Source: Nemertoderma westbladi
Lineage: Eukaryota; Animalia; Xenacoelomorpha
Direction of reading: 5' to 3'
Assembly (NCBI GenBank): GCA_032718475.1
Contig: JAUCBJ010007945.1
Span: forward strand, 62,001 to 126,000
DNA: 64,000 bases
Positions 11,693 to 26,246 of the stretch are shown here, piece by piece. Under the pieces are notes generated by a model. The model made no database searches, was not told the DNA's origin, and saw nothing but the letters and a program-made list of their open reading frames with translations. The position numbers and the translations under genes were made by a program. Numbering within the stretch: the stretch's first letter is position 1; the number at the start of each line of letters is the position of its first letter.

Positions 11693-14600
11693 GTCAACCT
11701 CCTTATTCATTGTCAACCTCCTTATTCATTGTCAACCTCCTTATTCATTGTCAACCTCCTTATTCATTGTCAACCTCCTTATTCATTGTCAACCTCCTTA
11801 TTCATTGTCAACCTCCTTATTTATTGTCAACCTCCTCATTCATTGTCAACCTCCTTATTCATTGTCAACCTCCTTATTCATTGTCAACCTCCTCATTCAT
11901 TGTCAACCTCCTTATTCATTGTCAACCTCCTTATTCATTGTCAACCTCCTTATTCATTGTCAACCTCCTTATTCATTGTCAACCTCCTTATTCATTGTCA
12001 ACCTCCTTATTCATTGTCAACCTCCTTATTCATTGTCAACCTCCTCATTCATTGTCAACCTCCTTATTCATTGTCAACCTCTTCATTCATTGTCAACCTC
12101 CTTATTCATTGTCAACCTCCTTATTCATTGTCAACCTCCTCATTCATTGTCAACCTCCTTATTCATTGTCAACCTCCTTATTCATTGTCAACCTCCTTAT
12201 TCATTGTCAACCTCCTCATTCATTGTCAACCTCCTTATTCATTGTCAACCTCCTTATTCATTGTCAACCTCCTCATTCATTGTCAACCTCCTTATTCATT
12301 GTCAACCTCCTTATTCATTGTCAACCTCCTTATTCATTGTCAACCTCCTCATTCATTGTCAACCTCCTTATTCATTGTCAACCTCCTTATTCATTGTCAA
12401 CCTCCTTATTCATTGTCAACCCTATCATTCATTGTCAACCTCCTTATTCATTGTCAACCTCCTCATTCATTGTCAACCTCCTTATTCATTGTCAACCTCC
12501 TTATTCATTGTCAACCTCCTTATTCATTGTCAACCCTATCATTCATTGTCAACCTCCTTATTCATTGTCAACCTCCTCATTCATTGTCAACCTCCTTATT
12601 CATTGTCAACCTCCTTATTCATTGTCAACCTCCTCATTCATTGTCAACCTCCTTATTCATTGTCAACCTCCTTATTCATTGTCAACCTCCTTATTCATTG
12701 TCAACCCTATCATTCATTGTCAACCTCCTTATTCATTGTCAACCTCCTCATTCATTGTCAACCTCCTTATTCATTGTCAACCTCCTTATTCATTGTCAAC
12801 CTCCTTCATTCATTGTCAACCTCCTTATTCATTGTCAACCTCCTTATTCATTGTCAACCTCCTCATTCATTGTCAACCTCCTTATTCATTGTCAACCTCC
12901 TTATTCATTGTCAACCTCCTTATTCATTGTCAACCTCCTTATTCATTGTCAACCTCCTTATTCATTGTCAACCTCCTTATTCATTGTCAACCTCCTTCAT
13001 TCATTGTCAACCTCCTTATTCATTGTCAACCTCCTCATTCATTGTCAACCTCCTTATTCATTGTCAACCTCCTTATTCATTGTCAACCTCCTCATTCATT
13101 GTCAACCTCCTTATTCATTGTCAACCTCCTTATTCATTGTCAACCTCCTTATTCATTGTCAACCCCTATCATTCATTGTCAACCTCCTTATTCATTGTCA
13201 ACCTCCTCATTCATTGTCAACCTCCTTATTCATTGTCAACCTCCTTATTCATTGTCAACCTCCTTCATTCATTGTCAACCTCCTTATTCATTGTCAACCT
13301 CCTTATTCATTGTCAACCTCCTCATTCATTGTCAACCTCCTTATTCATTGTCAACCTCCTTATTCATTGTCAACCTCCTTATTCATTGTCAACCTCCTTA
13401 TTCATTGTCAACCCTATCATTCATTGTCAACCTCCTTATTCATTGTCAACCTCCTTATTCATTGTCAACCTCCTCATTCATTGTCAACCTCCTTATTCAT
13501 TGTCAACCTCCTTATTCATTGTCAACCTCCTTATTCATTGTCAACCTCCTTATTCATTGTCAACCTCCTTATTCATTGTCAACCTCCTCATTCATTGTCA
13601 ACCTCCTTATTCATTGTCAACCTCCTTATTCATTGTCAACCTCCTCATTCATTGTCAACCTCCTTATTCATTGTCAACCTCCTTATTCATTGTCAACCTC
13701 CTTCATTCATTGTCAACCTCCTTATTCATTGTCAACCTCCTCATTCATTGTCAACCTCCTTATTCATTGTCAACCTCCTTATTCATTGTCAACCTCCTTA
13801 TTCATTGTCAACCTCCTTATTCATTGTCAACCTCCTCATTCATTGTCAACCTCCTTATTCATTGTCAACCTCCTCATTCATTGTCAACCTCCTCATTCAT
13901 TGTCAACCTCCTTATTCATTGTCAACCTCCTCATTCATTGTCAACCTCCTTATTCATTGTCAACCTCCTTATTCATTGTCAACCTCCTTCATTCATTGTC
14001 AACCTCCTTATTCATTGTCAACCTCCTCATTCATTGTCAACCTCCTTATTCATTGTCAACCTCCTCATTCATTGTCAACCTCCTTATTCATTGTCAACCT
14101 CCTTATTCATTGTCAACCTCCTTCATTCATTGTCAACCTCCTTATTCATTGTCAACCCTATCATTCATTGTCAACCTCCTTATTCATTGTCAACCTCCTC
14201 ATTCATTGTCAACCTCCTTATTCATTGTCAACCTCCTCATTCATTGTCAACCTCCTTATTCATTGTCAACCTCCTTATTCATTGTCAACCTCCTTCATTC
14301 ATTGTCAACCTCCTTATTCATTGTCAACCTCTATCATTCATTGTCAACCTCCTTATTCATTGTCAACCTCCTTATTCATTGTCAACCTCCTTATTCATTG
14401 TCAACCTCCTCATTCATTGTCAACCTCCTTATTCATTGTCAACCTCCTTATTCATTGTCAACCTCCTTATTCATTGTCAACCTCCTCATTCATTGTCAAC
14501 CTCCTTATTCATTGTCAACCTCCTTATTCATTGTCAACCTCCTTCATTCATTGTCAACCTCCTTATTCATTGTCAACCTCCTCATTCATTGTCAACCTCC

Positions 14601-17600
14601 TTATTCATTGTCAACCTCCTTATTCATTGTCAACCTCCTTATTCATTGTCAACCTCCTTATTCATTGTCAACCTCCTTATTCATTGTCAACCTCCTTATT
14701 CATTGTCAACCTCCTTATTCATTGTCAACCTCCTTATTCATTGTCAACCTCCTTATTCATTGTCAACCTCCTTATTCATTGTCAACCTCCTTATTCATTG
14801 TCAACCTCCTTCATTCATTGTCAACCTCCTTATTCATTGTCAACCTCCTTATTCATTGTCAACCTCCTTATTCATTGTCAACCTCCTTCATTCATTGTCA
14901 ACCTCCTTATTCATTGTCAACCTCCTTATTCATTGTCAACCTCCTTATTCATTGTCAACCTCCTTATTCATTGTCAACCTCCTTATTCATTGTCAACCTC
15001 CTTATTCATTGTCAACCCTATCATTCATTGTCAACCTCCTTATTCATTGTCAACCCTTCATTCATTGTCAACCTCCTTATTCATTGTCAACCTCCTCATT
15101 CATTGTCAACCTCCTTATTCATTGTCAACCCTATCATTCATTGTCAACCTCCTTATTCATTGTCAACCTCCTCATTCATTGTCAACCTCCTTATTCATTG
15201 TCAACCTCCTTATTCATTGTCAACCTCCTTATTCATTGTCAACCTCCTTATTCATTGTCAACCTCCTTATTCATTGTCAACCTCCTTATTCATTGTCAAC
15301 CTCCTTATTCATTGTCAACCTCCTTCATTCATTGTCAACCTCCTTATTCATTGTCAACCTCCTTATTCATTGTCAACCTCCTTATTCATTGTCAACCTCC
15401 TTCATTCATTGTCAACCTCCTTATTCATTGTCAACCTCCTTATTCATTGTCAACCTCCTTATTCATTGTCAACCTCCTTATTCATTGTCAACCTCCTTAT
15501 TCATTGTCAACCTCCTTATTCATTGTCAACCTCCTTATTCATTGTCAACCTCCTCATTCATTGTCAACCTCCTTATTCATTGTCAACCTCCTTATTCATT
15601 GTCAACCTCCTTATTCATTGTCAACCTCCTTATTCATTGTCAACCTCCTTATTCATTGTCAACCTCCTTATTCATTGTCAACCTCCTTATTCATTGTCAA
15701 CCTCCTTATTCATTGTCAACCTCCTCATTCATTGTCAACCTCCTTATTCATTGTCAACCTCCTCATTCATTGTCAACCTCCTTATTCATTGTCAACCTCC
15801 TCATTCATTGTCAACCTCCTTATTCATTGTCAACCTCCTTATTCATTGTCAACCTCCTTCATTCATTGTCAACCTCCTTATTCATTGTCAACCTCCTTAT
15901 TCATTGTCAACCTCCTTATTCATTGTCAACCTCCTTATTCATTGTCAACCTCCTTATTCATTGTCAACCTCCTTCATTCATTGTCAACCTCCTTATTCAT
16001 TGTCAACCTCCTCATTCATTGTCAACCTCCTTATTCATTGTCAACCTCCTTATTCATTGTCAACCTCTTCATTCATTGTCAACCTCCTTATTCATTGTCA
16101 ACCTCCTCATTCATTGTCAACCTCCTTATTCATTGTCAACCTCCTCATTCATTGTCAACCTCCTTATTCATTGTCAACCTCCTTATTCATTGTCAACCTC
16201 CTTCATTCATTGTCAACCTCCTTATTCATTGTCAACCTCCTTATTCATTGTCAACCTCCTTATTCATTGTCAACCTCCTTATTCATTGTCAACCCTATCA
16301 TTCATTGTCAACCTCCTTATTCATTGTCAACCTCCTCATTCATTGTCAACCTCCTTATTCATTGTCAACCTCCTCATTCATTGTCAACCTCCTTATTCAT
16401 TGTCAACCTCCTTATTCATTGTCAACCTCCTTCATTCATTGTCAACCTCCTTATTCATTGTCAACCTCTATCATTCATTGTCAACCTCCTTATTCATTGT
16501 CAACCTCCTTATTCATTGTCAACCTCCTTATTCATTGTCAACCTCCTCATTCATTGTCAACCTCCTTATTCATTGTCAACCTCCTTATTCATTGTCAACC
16601 TCCTTATTCATTGTCAACCTCCTTCATTCATTGTCAACCTCCTTATTCATTGTCAACCTCCTTATTCATTGTCAACCTCCTTATTCATTGTCAACCTCCT
16701 TATTCATTGTCAACCTCCTTATTCATTGTCAACCTCCTTATTCATTGTCAACCTCCTTATTCATTGTCAACCTCCTTATTCATTGTCAACCTCCTTCATT
16801 CATTGTCAACCTCCTTATTCATTGTCAACCTCCTTATTCATTGTCAACCTCCTTATTCATTGTCAACCTCCTTCATTCATTGTCAACCTCCTTATTCATT
16901 GTCAACCTCCTTATTCATTGTCAACCTCCTTATTCATTGTCAACCTCCTTATTCATTGTCAACCTCCTTATTCATTGTCAACCTCCTTATTCATTGTCAA
17001 CCTCCTCATTCATTGTCAACCTCCTTATTCATTGTCAACCTCCTTATTCATTGTCAACCTCCTTATTCATTGTCAACCTCCTTATTCATTGTCAACCTCC
17101 TTATTCATTGTCAACCTCCTTATTCATTGTCAACCTCCTTATTCATTGTCAACCTCCTCATTCATTGTCAACCTCCTTATTCATTGTCAACCTCCTTATT
17201 CATTGTCAACCTCCTTATTCATTGTCAACCTCCTTATTCATTGTCAACCTCCTTCATTCATTGTCAACCTCCTTATTCATTGTCAACCTCCTTATTCATT
17301 GTCAACCTCCTTATTCATTGTCAACCTCCTCATTCATTGTCAACCTCCTTATTCATTGTCAACCTCCTTATTCATTGTCAACCTCCTTATTCATTGTCAA
17401 CCTCCTTATTCATTGTCAACCTCCTTATTCATTGTCAACCTCCTTATTCATTGTCAACCTCCTTATTCATTGTCAACCTCCTTCATTCATTGTCAACCTC
17501 CTTATTCATTGTCAACCTCCTTATTCATTGTCAACCTCCTTATTCATTGTCAACCTCCTCATTCATTGTCAACCTCCTTATTCATTGTCAACCTCCTTAT

Positions 17601-20600
17601 TCATTGTCAACCTCCTTATTCATTGTCAACCTCCTTATTCATTGTCAACCTCCTTATTCATTGTCAACCTCCTTATTCATTGTCAACCTCCTCATTCATT
17701 GTCAACCTCCTTATTCATTGTCAACCTCCTTATTCATTGTCAACCTCCTTATTCATTGTCAACCTCCTTATTCATTGTCAACCTCCTTATTCATTGTCAA
17801 CCTCCTTATTCATTGTCAACCTCCTTATTCATTGTCAACCCTATCATTCATTGTCAACCTCTTCATTCATTGTCAACCTCCTTATTCATTGTCAACCTCC
17901 TTATTCATTGTCAACCTCCTCATTCATTGTCAACCTCCTTATTCATTGTCAACCTCCTTATTCATTGTCAACCTCCTTATTCATTGTCAACCTCCTTATT
18001 CATTGTCAACCTCCTTATTCATTGTCAACCTCCTTCATTCATTGTCAACCTCCTTATTCATTGTCAACCTCCTTATTCATTGTCAACCTCCTTATTCATT
18101 GTCAACCTCCTTATTCATTGTCAACCTCCTTATTCATTGTCAACCCTATCATTCATTGTCAACCTCTTCATTCATTGTCAACCTCCTTATTCATTGTCAA
18201 CCTCCTTATTCATTGTCAACCTCCTCATTCATTGTCAACCTCCTTATTCATTGTCAACCTCCTTATTCATTGTCAACCTCCTTATTCATTGTCAACCTCC
18301 TTATTCATTGTCAACCTCCTTATTCATTGTCAACCTCTTCATTCATTGTCAACCTCCTTATTCATTGTCAACCTCCTTATTCATTGTCAACCTCCTTATT
18401 CATTGTCAACCTCCTTATTCATTGTCAACCTCCTTATTCATTGTCAACCCTATCATTCATTGTCAACCTCTTCATTCATTGTCAACCTCCTTATTCATTG
18501 TCAACCTCCTTATTCATTGTCAACCTCCTCATTCATTGTCAACCTCCTTATTCATTGTCAACCTCCTTATTCATTGTCAACCTCCTTATTCATTGTCAAC
18601 CTCCTTATTCATTGTCAACCTCCTCATTCATTGTCAACCTCCTTATTCATTGTCAACCTCCTTATTCATTGTCAACCTCCTTATTCATTGTCAACCTCCT
18701 TATTCATTGTCAACCTCCTTATTCATTGTCAACCTCCTTATTCATTGTCAACCTCCTTATTCATTGTCAACCTCCTTATTCATTGTCAACCTCCTTATTC
18801 ATTGTCAACCTCCTTATTCATTGTCAACCCTATCATTCATTGTCAACCTCTTCATTCATTGTCAACCTCCTTATTCATTGTCAACCTCCTTATTCATTGT
18901 CAACCTCCTTATTCATTGTCAACCTCCTTATTCATTGTCAACCTCCTTATTCATTGTCAACCTCCTTATTCATTGTCAACCTCCTTATTCATTGTCAACC
19001 TCCTTATTCATTGTCAACCTCCTTATTCATTGTCAACCTCCTTATTCATTGTCAACCTCCTTCATTCATTGTCAACCTCCTTATTCATTGTCAACCTCCT
19101 TATTCATTGTCAACCTCCTTATTCATTGTCAACCCTATCATTCATTGTCAACCCTATCATTCATTGTCAACCTCCTTATTCATTGTCAACCTCCTTATTC
19201 ATTGTCAACCTCCTTCATTCATTGTCAACCTCCTTATTCATTGTCAACCTCCTTATTCATTGTCAACCTCCTTATTCATTGTCAACCTCCTTCATTCATT
19301 GTCAACCTCCTTATTCATTGTCAACCTCCTTATTCATTGTCAACCTCCTTATTCATTGTCAACCTCTTCATTCATTGTCAACCTCCTTATTCATTGTCAA
19401 CCTCCTTATTCATTGTCAACCTCCTTATTCATTGTCAACCTCCTTATTCATTGTCAACCCTATCATTCATTGTCAACCTCCTTATTCATTGTCAACCTCC
19501 TCATTCATTGTCAACCTCCTTATTCATTGTCAACCTCCTTATTCATTGTCAACCTCTTCATTCATTGTCAACCTCCTTATTCATTGTCAACCTCCTTATT
19601 CATTGTCAACCTCCTTATTCATTGTCAACCCTATCATTCATTGTCAACCTCCTTATTCATTGTCAACCTCCTTATTCATTGTCAACCTCCTTATTCATTG
19701 TCAACCTCCTTATTCATTGTCAACCTCCTTATTCATTGTCAACCTCCTTATTCATTGTCAACCCTATCATTCATTGTCAACCTCCTTATTCATTGTCAAC
19801 CTCCTCATTCATTGTCAACCTCCTTATTCATTGTCAACCTCCTTATTCATTGTCAACCTCTTCATTCATTGTCAACCTCCTTATTCATTGTCAACCTCCT
19901 TATTCATTGTCAACCTCCTTATTCATTGTCAACCCTTCATTCATTGTCAACCTCCTTATTCATTGTCAACCTCTTCATTCATTGTCAACCTCCTTATTCA
20001 TTGTCAACCTCCTTATTCATTGTCAACCTCCTTATTCATTGTCAACCTCCTTATTCATTGTCAACCTCCTTCATTCATTGTCAACCTCCTTATTCATTGT
20101 CAACCTCCTCATTCATTGTCAACCTCCTTATTCATTGTCAACCTCCTTATTCATTGTCAACCTCCTTCATTCATTGTCAACCTCCTTATTCATTGTCAAC
20201 CTCCTTATTCATTGTCAACCTCCTTATTCATTGTCAACCTCCTTATTCATTGTCAACCTCCTTATTCATTGTCAACCCTATCATTCATTGTCAACCTCCT
20301 TATTCATTGTCAACCTCCTTATTCATTGTCAACCTCCTTATTCATTGTCAACCTCCTTATTCATTGTCAACCTCCTCATTCATTGTCAACCTCCTTATTC
20401 ATTGTCAACCTCCTTATTCATTGTCAACCTCCTTATTCATTGTCAACCTCCTCATTCATTGTCAACCTCCTTATTCATTGTCAACCTCCTTATTCATTGT
20501 CAACCTCCTTCATTCATTGTCAACCTCCTTATTCATTGTCAACCTCCTTATTCATTGTCAACCTCCTTATTCATTGTCAACCTCCTTATTCATTGTCAAC

Positions 20601-23359
20601 CTCCTTATTCATTGTCAACCTCCTTATTCATTGTCAACCTCCTTATTCATTGTCAACCTCCTTATTCATTGTCAACCCTATCATTCATTGTCAACCTCCT
20701 TATTCATTGTCAACCTCCTCATTCATTGTCAACCTCCTTATTCATTGTCAACCTCCTTATTCATTGTCAACCTCCTTCATTCATTGTCAACCTCCTTATT
20801 CATTGTCAACCTCCTTATTCATTGTCAACCTCCTTATTCATTGTCAACCTCCTTATTCATTGTCAACCTCCTTATTCATTGTCAACCTCCTTCATTCATT
20901 GTCAACCTCCTTATTCATTGTCAACCTCCTTATTCATTGTCAACCTCCTTATTCATTGTCAACCTCCTTATTCATTGTCAACCTCCTCATTCATTGTCAA
21001 CCTCCTTATTCATTGTCAACCTCCTTATTCATTGTCAACCTCCTTATTCATTGTCAACCTCCTTATTCATTGTCAACCTCCTTATTCATTGTCAACCTCC
21101 TTATTCATTGTCAACCCTATCATTCATTGTCAACCTCCTTATTCATTGTCAACCTCCTCATTCATTGTCAACCTCCTTATTCATTGTCAACCTCCTCATT
21201 CATTGTCAACCTCCTTATTCATTGTCAACCTCCTTATTCATTGTCAACCTCCTTATTCATTGTCAACCTCCTTATTCATTGTCAACCTCCTTATTCATTG
21301 TCAACCTCCTTATTCATTGTCAACCTCCTTATTCATTGTCAACCTCCTTATTCATTGTCAACCTCCTCATTCATTGTCAACCTCCTTATTCATTGTCAAC
21401 CTCCTTATTCATTGTCAACCTCCTTATTCATTGTCAACCTCCTTATTCATTGTCAACCTCCTTATTCATTGTCAACCTCCTTATTCATTGTCAACCTCCT
21501 TATTCATTGTCAACCTCCTTATTCATTGTCAACCTCCTTATTCATTGTCAACCTCCTTATTCATTGTCAACCTCCTTATTCATTGTCAACCTCCTTATTC
21601 ATTGTCAACCTCCTTATTCATTGTCAACCTCCTTATTCATTGTCAACCTCCTTATTCATTGTCAACCTCCTTATTCATTGTCAACCTCCTTATTCATTGT
21701 CAACCTCCTTATTCATTGTCAACCTCCTTATTCATTGTCAACCTCCTTATTCATTGTCAACCTCCTTATTCATTGTCAACCTCCTTATTCATTGTCAACC
21801 TCCTTATTCATTGTCAACCCTATCATTCATTGTCAACCCTATCATTCATTGTCAACCTCCTTATTCATTGTCAACCTCCTTATTCATTGTCAACCTCCTT
21901 ATTCATTGTCAACCTCTTCATTCATTGTCAACCTCCTTATTCATTGTCAACCTCCTTATTCATTGTCAACCTCCTTATTCATTGTCAACCTCCTTATTCA
22001 TTGTCAACCTCCTTATTCATTGTCAACCTCCTTATTCATTGTCAACCTCCTTATTCATTGTCAACCTCCTTATTCATTGTCAACCTCCTTATTCATTGTC
22101 AACCTCCTTATTCATTGTCAACCTCCTTATTCATTGTCAACCTCCTTATTCATTGTCAACCTCCTTATTCATTGTCAACCTCCTTATTCATTGTCAACCT
22201 CCTTATTCATTGTCAACCTCCTTATTCATTGTCAACCTCCTTATTCATTGTCAACCTCCTTATTCATTGTCAACCTCCTTATTCATTGTCAACCTCCTTA
22301 TTCATTGTCAACCTCCTTATTCATTGTCAACCTCCTTATTCATTGTCAACCTCCTTATTCATTGTCAACCTCCTTATTCATTGTCAACCTCCTCATTCAT
22401 TGTCAACCTCCTTATTCATTGTCAACCTCCTTATTCATTGTCAACCTCCTTATTCATTGTCAACCTCCTTATTCATTGTCAACCTCCTTATTCATTGTCA
22501 ACCTCCTTATTCATTGTCAACCTCCTTATTCATTGTCAACCTCCTTATTCATTGTCAACCTCCTCATTCATTGTCAACCTCCTTATTCATTGTCAACCTC
22601 CTTATTCATTGTCAACCTCCTTATTCATTGTCAACCTCCTTATTCATTGTCAACCTCCTTATTCATTGTCAACCTCCTTATTCATTGTCAACCTCCTTAT
22701 TCATTGTCAACCTCCTTATTCATTGTCAACCTCCTTATTCATTGTCAACCTCCTCATTCATTGTCAACCTCCTTATTCATTGTCAACCTCCTTATTCATT
22801 GTCAACCTCCTTATTCATTGTCAACCTCCTTATTCATTGTCAACCTCCTTATTCATTGTCAACCTCCTTATTCATTGTCAACCTCCTTATTCATTGTCAA
22901 CCTCCTCATTCATTGTCAACCTCCTTATTCATTGTCAACCTCCTTATTCATTGTCAACCTCCTTATTCATTGTCAACCTCCTTATTCATTGTCAACCTCC
23001 TTATTCATTGTCAACCTCCTTATTCATTGTCAACCTCCTTATTCATTGTCAACCTCCTTATTCATTGTCAACCTCCTTATTCATTGTCAACCTCCTTATT
23101 CATTGTCAACCTCCTTATTCATTGTCAACCTCCTTATTCATTGTCAACCTCCTTATTCATTGTCAACCTCCTTATTCATTGTCAACCTCCTTATTCATTG
23201 TCAACCTCCTTATTCATTGTCAACCTCCTTATTCATTGTCAACCTCCTTATTCATTGTCAACCTCCTTATTCATTGTCAACCTCCTCATTCATTGTCAAC
23301 CTCCTTATTCATTGTCAACCTCCTTATTCATTGTCAACCTCCTTATTCATTGTCAACCC
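11693..23359. repeat. 19-bp minisatellite, right part, about 11.7 kb (roughly 610 copies) with 18-20 bp variant units
   Basis: Direct tandem repetition of ATTGTCAACCTCCTTATTC with variants (CTCCTCA, CCCTATCA, CTCCTTCA, CTCTTCA); ends about 45 bp before the acceptor at 23403-23404. Confidence 0.98.
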
Positions 23360-23404
23360 TTTCACATACTGTTAACCTGTTCATTTTCTTCAATTTATTT
23401 TCAG

Positions 23405-23533
23405 GTGTCGTGGCAATCTGCAACACTTGGATTCTGGTTTACTGAACTTATTGAACGTCACGCTCAGTTCCACGCTTGGTTATTTGAGGGACGACCGAAT
23501 GTATTCTGGCTAACTGGGTTTTTCAACCCTCAG
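23405..23533 (+). CDS. DNAH5: Dynein heavy chain exon
   Basis: ttttcag|GTG...CAG|gtaaaa; [43 protein letters not shown], including the conserved FWxxGFFNPQ motif; phase 0/0. Confidence 0.93.
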
Positions 23534-23714
23534 GTAAAATCAGTGAAAAATATATTTTGTCTGCAAATTTATTTAATTTTATTAAATATACATTATATAC
23601 ATCATATATGGCTACAGCGCCATATATCGTAACATCATTTTTTATCATACAATAATATAATATTATAAAATAATAGAAAAACAATATGAACAAGAAATTT
23701 AAAATAATGGCGAT

Positions 23715-25712
23715 GGAGAAAACGGCCCAGGCTCGAAGACACTCAGAGGTGCATAAGGATGTAAGGGAACTCCTCCAGTAAAGGTCACGGAGAAAACGGC
23801 CCAGGCTCGAAGACACTCAGAGGTGCATAAGGATGTAAGGGAACTCCTCCAGTAAAGGTCACGGAGAAAATGGCCCAGGCTCGAAGACACTCAGAGGTGC
23901 ATAAGGATGTAAGGGAACTCCTCCAGTAAAGGTCACGGAGAAAACGGCCCAGGCTCGAAGACACTCAGAGGTGCATAAGGATGTAAGGGAACTCCTCCAG
24001 TAAAGGTCACGGAGAAAACGGCCCAGGCTCGAAGACACTCAGAGGTGCATAAGGATGTAAGGGAACTCCTCAAGTAAAGGTCACGGAGAAAACGGCCCAG
24101 GCTCGAAGACACTCAGAGGTGCATAAGGATGTAAGGGAACTCCTCCAGTAAAGGTCACGGAGAAAACGGCCCAGGCTCGAAGACACTCAGAGGTGCATAA
24201 GGATGTAAGGGAACTCCTCCAGTAAAGGTCACGGAGAAAACGGCCCAGGCTCGAAGACACTCAGAGGTGCATAAGGATGTAAGGGAACTCCTCCAGTAAA
24301 GGTCACGGAGAAAACGGCCCAGGCTCGAAGACACTCAGAGGTGCATAAGGATGTAAGGAAACTCCTCCAGTAAAGGTCACGGAGAAAACGGCCCAGGCTC
24401 GAAGACACTCAGAGGTGCATAAGGATGTAAGGGAACTCCTCCAGTAAAGGTCACGGAGAAAACGGCCCAGGCTCGAAGACACTCAGAGGTGCATAAGGAT
24501 GTAAGGGAACTCCTCAAGTAAAGGTCACGGAGAAAACGGCCCAGGCTCGAAGACACTCAGAGGTGCATAAGGATGTAAGGGAACTCCTCCAGTAAAGGTC
24601 ACGGAGAAAACGGCCCAGGCTCGAAGACACTCAGAGGTGCATAAGGATGTAAGGGAACTCCTCCAGTAAAGGTCACGGAGAAAACGGCCCAGGCTCGAAG
24701 ACACTCAGAGGTGCATAAGGATGTAAGGGAACTCCTCCAGTAAAGGTCACGGAGAAAACGGCCCAGGCTCGAAGACACTCAGAGGTGCATAAGGATGTAA
24801 GGAAACTCCTCCAGTAAAGGTCACGGAGAAAACGGCCCAGGCTCGAAGACACTCAGAGGTGCATAAGGATGTAAGGGAACTCCTCCAGTAAAGGTCACGG
24901 AGAAAACGGCCCAGGCTCGAAGACACTCAGAGGTGCATAAGGATGTAAGGGAACTCCTCCAGTAAAGGTCACGGAGAAAACGGCCCAGGCTCGAAGACAC
25001 TCAGAGGTGCATAAGGATGTAAGGGAACTCCTCCAGTAAAGGTCACGGAGAAAACGGCCCAGGCTCGAAGACACTCAGAGGTGCATAAGGATGTAAGGGA
25101 ACTCCTCCAGTAAAGGTCACGGAGAAAACGGCCCAGGCTCGAAGACACTCAGAGGTGCATAAGGATGTAAGGGAACTCCTCCAGTAAAGGTCACGGAGAA
25201 AACGGCCCAGGCTCGAAGACACTCAGAGGTGCATAAGGATGTAAGGGAACTCCTCCAGTAAAGGTCACGGAGAAAACGGCCCAGGCTCGAAGACACTCAG
25301 AGGTGCATAAGGATGTAAGGGAACTCCTCCAGTAAAGGTCACGGAGAAAACGGCCCAGGCTCGAAGACACTCAGAGGTGCATAAGGATGTAAGGGAACTC
25401 CTCCAGTAAAGGTCACGGAGAAAACGGCCCAGGCTCGAAGACACTCAGAGGTGCATAAGGATGTAAGGAAACTCCTCCAGTAAAGGTCACGGAGAAAACG
25501 GCCCAGGCTCGAAGACACTCAGAGGTGCATAAGGATGTAAGGGAACTCCTCCAGTAAAGGTCACGGAGAAAACGGCCCAGGCTCGAAGACACTCAGAGGT
25601 GCATAAGGATGTAAGGGAACTCCTCAAGTAAAGGTCACGGAGAAAACGGCCCAGGCTCGAAGACACTCAGAGGTGCATAAGGATGTAAGGGAACTCCTCC
25701 AGTAAAGGTCAC
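23715..25712. repeat. 74-bp minisatellite, 27 near-identical copies
   Basis: Unit GGAGAAAACGGCCCAGGCTCGAAGACACTCAGAGGTGCATAAGGATGTAAGGGAACTCCTCCAGTAAAGGTCAC; 1998 bp = 27 x 74. Confidence 0.97.
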
Positions 25713-26246
25713 TAGAGTTATATCTTTCGTCAGGTGGGTGTGAGATACTAGAAAGACCCTTATCCGATTCTTAGGTGATTCCCTAGTAGAATGCTTACTG
25801 TACCTCCCTTCCCACTTGACTACCGGTTTCGCTGAGGGAACCTGTTGTCAGTCAACCAGTGGCCTGTCGATGATATGCGTTAGACCCTGGAATCAGTGTA
25901 TTAAATAAGAGGGTTCAGTGCATTTACTAGAATAATAGCAAATATATCTCACCAATAAAGCTATTGCACGTATGGTGCGAATAAGCGTAATACCAATAAC
26001 ACAATAATATCTAAAAAAGTAATACAGGGAAAGAGTAATAGGGTAGGGGACATTAATGTAAGAAATGCACCTAGGAATGAAGTTCTATACCGAAATCATA
26101 ACATTATATACACCGCAATATAATCAATTGCTTCAACTTCATAAGGTAATAATCAATCAATCAACTTGATAGGTAATAAAGAAACCGCCGAAAAAAGGTT
26201 GTTGTGGCTGTACGTACTACTGTACTATACTGCTATACTCAGTTAT

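Noticed and set aside
11543-23632. Three overlapping ORFs of about 3900-4000 aa (and similar ORFs at 1388-2989)
   Set aside because: The 19-bp unit has no stop in any + frame, so all frames give the same 19-aa period. Only 23405-23533 is real coding sequence.
23715-25712. CRISPR-like array
   Set aside because: Head-to-tail identical units with no unique spacers, no cas genes, eukaryotic context; the same applies to the other arrays.
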